Origin: Candidatus Latescibacterota bacterium
GTDB taxonomy: Bacteria; Latescibacterota; UBA2968; UBA8231
Assembly: GCA_965223905.1 (NCBI GenBank)
Contig: CBDCXV010000002.1
Span: 576,001 to 640,000, forward strand
Direction of reading: 5' to 3'
DNA length: 64,000 nt
Shown here: positions 29,401-38,100 of the stretch, in pieces
Layout: each line of letters opens with the position of its first letter
How positions within the stretch are numbered: position 1 is the stretch's first letter
Notes under the pieces: model-generated
Told to the model about the DNA's origin: nothing
The model's input: only the letters and a program-made list of their open reading frames with translations
The model's database searches: none
Made by a program: the position numbers and the translations under genes

Positions 29401-31217
29401 TGGCGGCCCGAAACGTCTACTCCGTGAAGGTAATTGCCGAGGTCGATGGCATCTTCGTAAGCCGCATCTTTACGATAACGGTGACGGACGTGGACGAGGA
29501 CGGCACGGTGACCTTGTCCACGACTACGCCAGTGGTGGGTCATCCGTTGGGGAGCGCGCTCGATGAACCGGATGGGGGCGTGACCGATCTCCAGTGGCAG
29601 TGGCAGCGCCGGTTGAGCGGTACGAAGAGGTGGGAAAACATCTCTTCGAGCGGGGCCCGGTCCGAGGAATTCCATCAAGGGGAGGGGTATACGCCGAAAC
29701 CGGGGGATGTAGGGTATGAACTGCGGGCGACGGTCGGCTATACCGACGTGCATGACGAGGGCAAGAGCGCGGAGAGCGCGGAGAGCGCCCCGGTGGTGGA
29801 CGAGCCGGGCCCGGTTCGCATCCTGCGAGCGGCGGCGGGGAATGGTCAGGTGACGCTTTCCTGGGTGGCGCCGTTGTCGGATGGGGGCTCGGCGCTGACG
29901 GGGTATGAGTATCGGCAGAGCAGCGACGGGGGCGGCACGTGGTCTCCGGACTGGGGGCCGGTTCCGGGCAGCGATGGGTCGACGACGAGCCACACGCCGA
30001 TGGGCCTGACCAACGGCACGGAGTACAGCTTCGAGGTGCGCGCCGTCAACGGGGCGGGCGAGGGGGCCTCCGCGAGCGACACGGCGACGCCGGCGAGGCC
30101 GGACACGCGCGGCCGGGTGGAGTGGAGCACGACTCAGCCGCGGGTGGGTCAGGAGCTGACGCCGACGCTCATCGACCCGGACAACCCGGCGCTGGCAGAG
30201 GCGCGCTGGCGCTGGCGCCGGCAGAGGTGGCCTCGGTCCGATGACGGCGATTCGCTGGCGGCGCCGGTCCCCGGGTCGCGCTCCGGTGAATCGAAACTAG
30301 GAGTGATCGCCCGCACGCGTCAGTATAGGCCCCAGGTGAGCGATCTCCATCAGTGGTTGTGGGTTGAAGTCACTTATACCGACGACTATACCGACGATTC
30401 CGGCCGGCACCGAGTAAGCGCGACGACGTCGAGGGCGGTGGGACCGGGCCCCCCGTGCGCCCCCGCCAACCTGAAGGCTAAGCCCGGGGACGGGCAGGTG
30501 ACGTTGACCTGGGAGGCGGGCTGCAACAACGGGGGGACCATCGACAGGTATCAATACCGGCGTCCGGAGGCGGTGAAATGGGTGCGGGTGCCCGGGGACG
30601 GCTCGGCCCGTCGTCAGCAGGTGGAGGGCCTGACCAACGGGGAGGCGCACACGTTCGAGGTGCGGGCGAGGAACGGTCAAGGGTGGGGTCCTGCCGCCCA
30701 GGCCACGGCCACGCCCGCGGCGGCGGAGCGCACGGTGTCTTTCGCGGCGGCCGCGTATCAGGCGAGTGAAGGGGGGGAGGCGGCGACGGTGACGGTGCGG
30801 CTGTCGCCGTCGGCGTCGGAAGCGCTGAGCATCCCGATCACGGTCAATCCCCCGTCGGGCGACTTCACGGTGGCCGGGCTGACGGACGGAGCGCTGTCGT
30901 TTTCTTCGGGCGCGGAGCGGCAAACGTTTACGGTCACGGCGGATCAGGATGACGACTGGGACGACGAAGAGGTGACGCTGGGTTTCGGCACGCTGCCGGC
31001 GCAGGTGGGCGCCGGTGCGACCGCGCAGGCGGTGGTGACGCTGGAGGACGTACCGCAGCCCCTGACGGTGACGTACGGGGCCGAGTCGTACCGTGCGGGG
31101 GAAGGGGAGGATGCGGTATCGGTGACGGTATCGGTATCGCCGGAGACGGACCGGGCGCTGAAGATCCCGATTTCGGTGACCCCGGATTCGGAGACGAGGA
31201 AGGCGACTACGCGGTGA
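26445..31217 (+). CDS. Giant secreted M6 (immune inhibitor A-like) metalloprotease with Fn3/cadherin-like/Ig/Calx-beta stalk; C-terminally truncated
   Basis: Signal peptide; HEYGHFMGLPELFD, GLMAGG, AWSRLEVGW, FENRQ, GLFIWHVDE; Fn3 LTNGTEYSFEVRAVN; frame breaks inside a Calx-beta-like unit. Confidence 0.85.
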   Translation: MIRLLPVLLALMPVSALAFVCGFALDETDEQAAAAKAAAGSIDFTQDDISLLLLFGTYQGDTTGPISLSGSNISGSAGDSDDVPMYSPSDFFDIGMPGSLSHYMREMSGNDLTITGTPDDLMTTWHQSTTGTEFAAYNNGPDDCPGGVGPMKTFAREVLAAAYNEHGGDDRIPFEDYDALGVVIPKDFKKCANGTVILSYPFDVPGQSAEYRKVLIITLEKFDRMVGFMAHEYGHFMGLPELFDRSHRQPRLRERADLRADRLKEDDIDDLSEARLHAQEEHDLYLHSAGLGFWGLMAGGARGWQVVDQEVQNEDESTETTFFHFPAPHPMTAWSRLEVGWLDENVIQGNSTVTVKDISEESEAYKIPISGTDQYFLFENRQNTYDADDDNSVGSPYAEHDPKSGLFIWHVDENTGIGNDANEWEERKRVDLECADGLSLGHSTTGAADSETGLDGMDRRHHVPDERFDPQEFGGDNGDAGDLWDGTAGKRKFTPDSNPSSNGYETWTKPTEKFREIFSGEVGFDPELGSGDTLLAGYGKPQNVFSGIYIENIRSNESPAGSMSFDVLFAPMAPQNLEALSGGRLVELMWDPPANSDFAGISSWTVRYRLKPPGSIVERGPRRPEWTDIENLAADTGLYVVRNLENERTYEFEVFATGSDYENPDGTEYSKKRGERARVEGTPDRVMFVGKESIDTKEVILPDPDWDVSLDLYELAAGTNWMLKSSEENGTDHELFQLKGSGGSRDLHFRDPPDFEHSRYASADRTHNIVIQATVGGTDYTKNVSVTIENLEEEGSVTLSTEDARAGQPITATLTDPDIVDTESVTWQWKREVWKEVEGGGHSLSYPEDELIDGATSAGATSATYEPTGEDVGFRLKATASYTDGESGSTRREKSSEKTLKTKGPLVSPMDVEFAEKDTQPVGTAVVNDADGNAVTENVTWSLDLDRGTEQQDEAEFTISTGGVLEFKEPPNYEKPTSVVDPLLDLAARNVYSVKVIAEVDGIFVSRIFTITVTDVDEDGTVTLSTTTPVVGHPLGSALDEPDGGVTDLQWQWQRRLSGTKRWENISSSGARSEEFHQGEGYTPKPGDVGYELRATVGYTDVHDEGKSAESAESAPVVDEPGPVRILRAAAGNGQVTLSWVAPLSDGGSALTGYEYRQSSDGGGTWSPDWGPVPGSDGSTTSHTPMGLTNGTEYSFEVRAVNGAGEGASASDTATPARPDTRGRVEWSTTQPRVGQELTPTLIDPDNPALAEARWRWRRQRWPRSDDGDSLAAPVPGSRSGESKLGVIARTRQYRPQVSDLHQWLWVEVTYTDDYTDDSGRHRVSATTSRAVGPGPPCAPANLKAKPGDGQVTLTWEAGCNNGGTIDRYQYRRPEAVKWVRVPGDGSARRQQVEGLTNGEAHTFEVRARNGQGWGPAAQATATPAAAERTVSFAAAAYQASEGGEAATVTVRLSPSASEALSIPITVNPPSGDFTVAGLTDGALSFSSGAERQTFTVTADQDDDWDDEEVTLGFGTLPAQVGAGATAQAVVTLEDVPQPLTVTYGAESYRAGEGEDAVSVTVSVSPETDRALKIPISVTPDSETRKATTR
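30005..30728 (+). repeat. ~724-bp near-identical direct repeat (copy at 36540-37263); second shared block ~30768-30901 / 37333-37466
   Basis: Direct comparison, offset 6535, only scattered substitutions. Confidence 0.95.
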
Positions 31218-31318
31218 CGTGGCCGGGGTCGACGACACGCTGGCCCCGACCCGGACGGCGGCGTAAACGGAAGCAAGTGGCAGTGGTGGCTACCCTACCC
31301 GGAGCAAGGGAGATGCAG

Positions 31319-32392
31319 ATGAAAACAGCCTTTCGAATCCTTCTCACAGTTATTTCGCTTCTCGCAATGGTGAACTTTTCGTACGCGGATTCAGCCGAGA
31401 CTTCACAGGAAAGAGTGATCCTGGAAGCTGGGGAGATCGACAGCAACACGGTGGAGGTGGGTGCGTTTTCCGTGATTATCCATGAGCAGAGAAAAGGGCA
31501 TCCGGTCTCGGGAAAGTGGGATAACTTGGCGACGGTCGGAGCTACGTTCGAGTCGTTGATCCTGGCCTTGGGGAGAGATCGGCGAACGAAGCCGATTTCT
31601 GTAGATGGAATTCAAAGGTTGGTCATAGTAGGAGCGCCTTCCCGGAGGGTGGTGGAGCGAGCCAATATGCGTACGACCAAACAGTTGGCCGGTGAGGCCG
31701 AATCGTTTTCCCTGGAAATTACGGACAAAAATAGTATGCAGGCCCAAGTGATCGTCGATTCAGCGGCCGTTACACCACCAGCGCCGGGACCAGCGGACGA
31801 AGACAGTACTCAGGCAGAGCTCGGCCCCGCCGTTCGCAGGCTCATAGCGCCGCCGGATACGGTTCATCTGAGATTGGAACCGGAGAAATGGAAGCCGACG
31901 ACGGAGGACAGGCGGATAGCTGCCAAGTTGGGCCTCGGATTACTAGGTGGGGCCGCGGGGGGCGCCGGCGGGTTCGGCATAGGCCTTTTGCTTGGATTTG
32001 CGGGTATTGGTTGTTCGGGGAATGATAGTGACCGTGAGTTTGGTGGTCTGTGTGTATTCGTGCCAGCCATATACGGCGGTTTGCCCATAGGCTATACTGT
32101 AGGAGTAGGAGCCGGAGTGAGCGTGGTGGATACGCACGACAGCTTCAAATACTCACTGATAGGAAGCGCTGTAGGACTTGGGGCAAGTATTGGATTAGTA
32201 TACGGGCTGAAACCCATAGCTGAAAATCCCTATGTAGGTTACCTTGGCAGTAGTTGCATTATTTTGGGCCCCATCGGTTTAGCAACAGTCCTGTCCGAAT
32301 GGTCCCGCGATCCCCCTGAAACCCGTTTCTCTGTCGGTCTGAAGCCAAGTCCCATAGGGCATTTGTCAGCCGCCGCCACGCTGCGATTCTGA
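31319..32392 (+). CDS. Exported Gly-rich hairpin protein (family member 3)
   Basis: Signal peptide ..SYA/DS; VEVGAF domain shared with 19678; ends FSVGLKPSPIGHLSAAATLRF. Confidence 0.75.
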   Translation: MKTAFRILLTVISLLAMVNFSYADSAETSQERVILEAGEIDSNTVEVGAFSVIIHEQRKGHPVSGKWDNLATVGATFESLILALGRDRRTKPISVDGIQRLVIVGAPSRRVVERANMRTTKQLAGEAESFSLEITDKNSMQAQVIVDSAAVTPPAPGPADEDSTQAELGPAVRRLIAPPDTVHLRLEPEKWKPTTEDRRIAAKLGLGLLGGAAGGAGGFGIGLLLGFAGIGCSGNDSDREFGGLCVFVPAIYGGLPIGYTVGVGAGVSVVDTHDSFKYSLIGSAVGLGASIGLVYGLKPIAENPYVGYLGSSCIILGPIGLATVLSEWSRDPPETRFSVGLKPSPIGHLSAAATLRF

Positions 32393-32478
32393 CGATGCGT
32401 CTAGAGAACGCCCAAGCAGAATGCGGAGATGGCTGGGTCGCAGTCGGACAATCAGCATTTGGATAAGGATGAAACAAA

Positions 32479-33249
32479 ATGACGAAGGATAAAATGGCTG
32501 TAGTTGCGTTGTTCACATTGCTGACGATTAGGTATGGGTATGCGGATCCGGCCAGCGATTTGGCAGTGGCACCCGCACGGATGACCAATGAGGCTAGATT
32601 GTTTTTTTGGCGATCAACGACCGGGGGGATCATGCAGACGGAAGCAGGCGTCCATTCTGTGAACAGTTATTTGGCTTCCATGAGGTTGGCGGTCAGAGAC
32701 AGTACGCAGATAGATATTGCCAATGTCGTTAGCGGCGTCACAGGAATGCCGGAAAGATTTTCTGGACAAGCAGAAGAAATGAGAGCCAGCGGGAGAATTG
32801 CCAGTAAGCTGGCTGCCGGGACTCTATCGGGAATCGGGTTCGCCATCGTTGGGGGCTTCGTTTTTGTGACTACTGAGGATTGCTCTGGGTACGACAGTGA
32901 AAATACTTTTGGTCCGACTTCTTGCGCCTTGGGCCTCCTCTCTTTCATGTACATAGGCTATGTTGTGGGAGTACCGGTAGGAGTGAGCATGTGGGATCCA
33001 CATGATCAATTCATCGCTTCACTTGGGGGCAGTCTAGGGGGAGCAGTAGTGGGGTCAGTGGTGGGCTTAATGATGAGCTCCACCAATTATGAAGATTATG
33101 GAGGATGGCCTTTATTGATGGGTCCTGTTGTTTTCTCGACGATTGCGTCGGAACGATTCCGTAATATTCCCGAAACCCCCCGTTTCTCAATTGGCTTGAA
33201 GCCTGACCTTCGAGGCCACGTTTCCGCGGTTTCCATTCTGCGATTCTGA
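32479..33249 (+). CDS. Exported Gly-rich hairpin protein (family member 4, lacking the VEVGAF domain)
   Basis: Signal peptide ..GYA/DPASDLA; ends FSIGLKPDLRGHVSAVSILRF. Confidence 0.7.
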   Translation: MTKDKMAVVALFTLLTIRYGYADPASDLAVAPARMTNEARLFFWRSTTGGIMQTEAGVHSVNSYLASMRLAVRDSTQIDIANVVSGVTGMPERFSGQAEEMRASGRIASKLAAGTLSGIGFAIVGGFVFVTTEDCSGYDSENTFGPTSCALGLLSFMYIGYVVGVPVGVSMWDPHDQFIASLGGSLGGAVVGSVVGLMMSSTNYEDYGGWPLLMGPVVFSTIASERFRNIPETPRFSIGLKPDLRGHVSAVSILRF

Positions 33250-33289
33250 AGGGTCGACTGGACACCACTAATAAAGAGGGCGACAAACT

Positions 33290-35179
33290 ATGAAACATAG
33301 GATTGTTGTAGTTGCGTTACTTGCCTCATTTTTTATTGAGGATGCGTACGCGGATCCGGCCGGCGATTTGGCATTGGCCCGCAAGTTTTCCCCCATACTT
33401 ATCCTTACGAAAGAGACCAGCGGTGAATATGGAAATGTTCGCGTAACCAAACCGGAACCGGTGGAAATTGTGGGTGCGCACTCAGCCGATTCTTTACGGT
33501 TCAGAGTGTACGAACATTATCATCAACCGGATGAATTGCAAAGCCATCCAACCGACGCGACTGTTGTTGGATTTGATGGTTGGGTTCTCACTCTGACGTA
33601 TCCCAATGTTAAAGAATTTCCTACTGCTTCTGTCCCTGGTGAACGTCCAACCGATAGTGACATACAAAGTGCTGCGCCGGATGAAAATTTTACTAGAATC
33701 GATTTCCCAAATAACCAATTTGCTTTTCTAAGACTTTTCGAGTACATCGGTGCTCCCCGTGGTTTTGAAAACGGCTTTTACAAAGTAGCTCCTTACTTTG
33801 ATTATCCCGGTGTAAAACCAGAAGGCAAAAAGGTACCGAATCCTTTTTCGGATGGACCAGATTCCCTCATCACCCCCGGATGGAATGACACGTACTTTGG
33901 CAGCGGACCTCACGCAGGCGAGAACGAAAACTTCCCCAATACATCCTACGTGCATATATACAAGACAACCCACACAACCTATACTGACTCCATTACAGTA
34001 ATCCAATTTTTTTACTTTTACCCTTTCAATCACTGGTGGAACAGGCATGAGGGCGACTGGCAGCGAGTTCATGTTGTGGTGAATTCGAGGGATAGCACTA
34101 CTGCGGAGATCATAGGGGTGGAGTATTTGTTTCACAAGGCACATTTGTCTTATTATAATAACTTTAGCTCAAAACCTGACATAACAACCAATTATGTGTT
34201 TAATCCGCGGGAAGAGATCAAATTAAGTCAGGGTACACATCCTGTAATATACGTGGGGGCCGGATCACATGCCGCATACCCTACTGGCGGCGATTTTCTT
34301 GTCTATGAAAAAGCCTCTACAAATGAACGTTGGGAGAATATGACCCATACTGGTCTAATATTAAGCACTCAAGCCGATGATTTTCGTGATGACCTATGGG
34401 AGAGGTATGATTTGGTGTTACTTTCTGAACCGGATACGACTAACACAACTAACAATATGGATCTTCCTAAGAGTATGAGTTGGCTGGGAGCAGATGTCAG
34501 GTGGGGGACTCACCGTGTTGATTCGCCTGACTCCTATCCCGTTTCAACTCCGATTATTGGTTCATTGGCGAATTCACTTGTGGGTCAACAAGGTAATGAC
34601 AGCCCTCCCGGTCCGTACCATAAAGGTTGGAAAAAGCTCAAATTCTTCAGTCCATCTCAGACTGGTGGAGACGTTCTTGGATTCGAAGGTTTTCGCCGTA
34701 CCATTCGGCATAGTGACATACCCTACGAAGATTATCACCACTGGGCAATCCTCGGCCATGAGACTTGGGGTTATCGATATAATCCGAACCGGGACTCCCC
34801 CGGGTCACGCAGTCCTCTCCCCGAGACTTTTCGACTGTCTCGCGGGGACACTCTTTCCTTGACCGGGGACATCGTCATTTTTCCGAATGACACCCTCACC
34901 GTAGTGGAGGGCAGTCTGATCGAATTTGAACCGGTAACCGATCGCCACCAATTTTCTGTACATGGTGCCGATGATCGACGGGCCGAAATTTTCGTGTATG
35001 GCACCCTGATTGCTGAAGGGACTTTTACAGACTCAATTCGTTTTGCGTCCAGGGACACTGTCTTTTTCTGGGATCCTCCCGCTTGGACTGGAATACGTGT
35101 GATGGAGGGTGGTTCGGTTTCACTCAGCCATACAAGAATCAGCGATACGCAGCGCCCCCCCCCTGGCCTACTGGCCTGA
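33290..35179 (+). CDS. Secreted Vps62/NPP1-like head plus beta-helix-like module; 5' part of a gene split at a C9 tract
   Basis: Signal peptide; IQFFYFYPFNHWWNRHEGDWQ, HPVIYVGAGSHAAY, RWG, PPGP; visibly AT-richer than flanks. Confidence 0.75.
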   Translation: MKHRIVVVALLASFFIEDAYADPAGDLALARKFSPILILTKETSGEYGNVRVTKPEPVEIVGAHSADSLRFRVYEHYHQPDELQSHPTDATVVGFDGWVLTLTYPNVKEFPTASVPGERPTDSDIQSAAPDENFTRIDFPNNQFAFLRLFEYIGAPRGFENGFYKVAPYFDYPGVKPEGKKVPNPFSDGPDSLITPGWNDTYFGSGPHAGENENFPNTSYVHIYKTTHTTYTDSITVIQFFYFYPFNHWWNRHEGDWQRVHVVVNSRDSTTAEIIGVEYLFHKAHLSYYNNFSSKPDITTNYVFNPREEIKLSQGTHPVIYVGAGSHAAYPTGGDFLVYEKASTNERWENMTHTGLILSTQADDFRDDLWERYDLVLLSEPDTTNTTNNMDLPKSMSWLGADVRWGTHRVDSPDSYPVSTPIIGSLANSLVGQQGNDSPPGPYHKGWKKLKFFSPSQTGGDVLGFEGFRRTIRHSDIPYEDYHHWAILGHETWGYRYNPNRDSPGSRSPLPETFRLSRGDTLSLTGDIVIFPNDTLTVVEGSLIEFEPVTDRHQFSVHGADDRRAEIFVYGTLIAEGTFTDSIRFASRDTVFFWDPPAWTGIRVMEGGSVSLSHTRISDTQRPPPGLLA

Positions 35180-38100
35180 CGGTACAACCGGGCAACAACG
35201 CAGCGACGCTGAGTTGGACCAAGTCGGTTGACCCCTCCATCACGCACTGGGAGTACCAGACGAAACAGGGGCTCGCGGATTGGGGAGAATGGCTCAGGAT
35301 CGACCCGAGTGATTGGTCGACGACCTCGTACACCGCCGAGAACCTACTCCGGGGAGTGACCTACCAGTTCAAAGTGCAGGCGGTCAATTTGAGCGGCACC
35401 GCCGCATCCGAGGCCGTGGAGGTGACGCTGCCGGCCGGACCGCCGGACCCGCCCGAGTTGACGGTGATTCCGGGTCACGAGATGGTGACCCTGAGCTGGA
35501 CCCCCGGATCCGATAACGGCTCGGCTATCGAGCGGCACGAGTTGCGCTACAGCGCCGACGGGGGCAATACGTGGAACCCGGATTGGACCGCTGAACCGCC
35601 GCGCGAGCAGATCATCCGGAACCTGCTCAACGAAACCGCGTACACCTTCCAGATGCGGGCCAAGAACGCAGTGGGCTACAGCACGGTGGCGGAGGTCACG
35701 GTCACGCCGCAGCATCCGATCCTGGGGCCTACCGCCCTCTCGTCCGCCGAGAACTCTGAGGACCGGTTGGCGACCTACCGATTCAGCGCCCCTTCGGACC
35801 TGGACCTGTCCGAGGTCCTCTACGGCTTGGGGCTGTCCGATATCGACGACAGCGGGGTCTTCGAGCTTGATAATCAGGGCGGGTTGAGCTTCCAGGACGC
35901 GCCGGACTTTGAGGCGCCGGCCACTGCCGATCGGGGCAACCTCTACGCCGTATGGCTGCGTGCGGCTCCAAGTTCTGAGGGTGGGGGGGAAGGAGTGCGA
36001 GTGGAGCCGCCTCCCACCTTTCTAAAACGGGTGGAAGTGACGGTGACCAACGTGGACGAGCCGGGCCGTGTGGAGCTGTCGTCGACCGAGCCCAAGGTGG
36101 GGGACAGGCTGACGGCGGAGCTCACCGACCCGGACAAGGGCGTGGAGGATGTGGATTGGCGGTGGCAGGCCTTGCCCCCGGGCACTCGCAGTACGCACCC
36201 GCCGGGGCCGGGAGCCTCGACGGCTTCTTCCCTGCTGGTCACGAGTGAGCATATCGGGCTGACCCTGTCGGCGCAGGTGACCTACGTAGACGGGGAAAGC
36301 GAAGACGCGAACGACCGCAAGAGCGCGCAGAGCGCGGCGACGGCGCCGGTGGTGGATGTTCCCTCGGCGCCTCGGAACCTGGAGGCGGCTGCGGGGAACG
36401 CCCGGGTGGATCTGAGGTGGGATCCGCCGCTCACCGACAACGGCTCGGCGCTGACGGGGTATGTGGTTCGGCACAGCGCCGACGGGGGCGCGAACTGGAT
36501 GTCGGAGACGCTGGCGGTGACGCGCCACACGGTGCGCGACCTGACCAACGGCACGGAGTACAGCTTCGAGGTGCGCGCCGTCAACGGGGCGGGCGAGGGG
36601 GCCTCCGCGAGCGACACGGCGACGCCGGCGAGGCCGGACACGCCGGGCCGGGTGGAGTGGAGCACGACTCAGCCGCGGGTGGGTCAGGAGCTGACGCCGA
36701 CGCTCATCGACCCGGACAACCCGGCGCTGGCAGAGGCGCGCTGGCGCTGGCGCCGGCAGAGGTGGTCTCGGTCCGATGACGGCGATTCGCTGGCGGCGCC
36801 GGTCCCCGGGTCGCGCTCCGGTGAATCGAAAATAGGAGTGATCGCCCGCACGCGTCAGTATACGCCCCAGGTGAGCGATCTCCATCAGTGGTTGTGGGTT
36901 GAAGTCACTTATACCGACGACTATACCGACGATTCCGGCCGGCACCGAGTAAGCGCGACGACGTCGAGGGCGGTGGGACCGGGCCCCCCGTGCGCCCCCG
37001 CCAACCTGAAGGCGGCGCCCGGCGACGGGCAGGTGACGCTGACCTGGGAGGCGGGCTGCGTCAACGGGCAGACTATCGACAGGTATCAATACCGTCGTCT
37101 GGAGGCGCGGAAATGGGTGCGGGTGCCCGGGGACGGCTCGGCCCGTCGTCAGCAGGTGGAGGGCCTGACCAACGGGGAGGCGCACACGTTCGAGGTGCGG
37201 GCGAGGAACGGTCAAGGGTGGGGTCCTGCCGCCCAGGCCACGGCCACGCCCGCGGCGGCGGAGTCCCCTCCTCCTCCACCTCCCCCGCCGCCGCTGACGG
37301 TCACCTACGGAGCGTCGTCCTACTCGGCGCAGGAAGGGGGCGAGGCGGCGACGGTGACGGTGCGGCTGTCGCCGTCGGCGTCGGAGGCGCTGAGCATCCC
37401 GATCACGGTCAATCCCCCGTCGGGCGACTTCACGGTGGCCGGGCTGACGGACGGAGCGCTGTCGTTCGCACCGGAGGCGGACGAAGCGACGTTCACGATC
37501 ACGGCGGATCAGGATGACGACACGGTCGACGAGACGGTGCTTCTGGGGTTCGGGGATCTGCCGGAGGAGGTGAGCGCGGGCACGCCGGCCAGCGCCACGG
37601 TGACCCTGTTTGACGACGACGTGGTCACGCCCGTGGTGAGCTTGTCGACGACGACGCCGCAGGTGGGTCAGCGGATGACGGCCACCCTGGTGGACGTCGA
37701 CGGGAGCGTGGCGGACACTAGCTGGCAGTGGCAGCGGCGGGCCGACGCGGGTTCGGGGTGGGTGCCTATCGAACGGTCGGCGCGCTACCCCATTGCGGCC
37801 ACGTCCCGCTACACGCCGGTGGCCGCCGATGCCGGCAAGCAACTGCGGGCCACGGTGAGCTACACCGACGCCCACGGCCCGGGCAGCGCCCAGAGCGCGG
37901 CCACCGACGCGGTGACGTGGCCGCCGCTGACGGTCACCTACGGCGATTCGACGTATTCGGCGAGTGAAGGGGGCGCCGCGGCGACGCTGACGGTGCGGCT
38001 GTCGGCAGAGGCGGAACAGTTGGTGAAGATCCCGATCACGAGAGACCCTGCGTCGGGGGACTACACGGTGACGTGGCCGGGGGTGGAAGACACGCTGTCG

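Noticed and set aside
30005-37263. DGR template/variable repeat pair
   Set aside because: Mismatches are not adenine-specific (e.g. CGC/CCG, C/T, G/C), the repeat is too long, and there is no reverse transcriptase in the window
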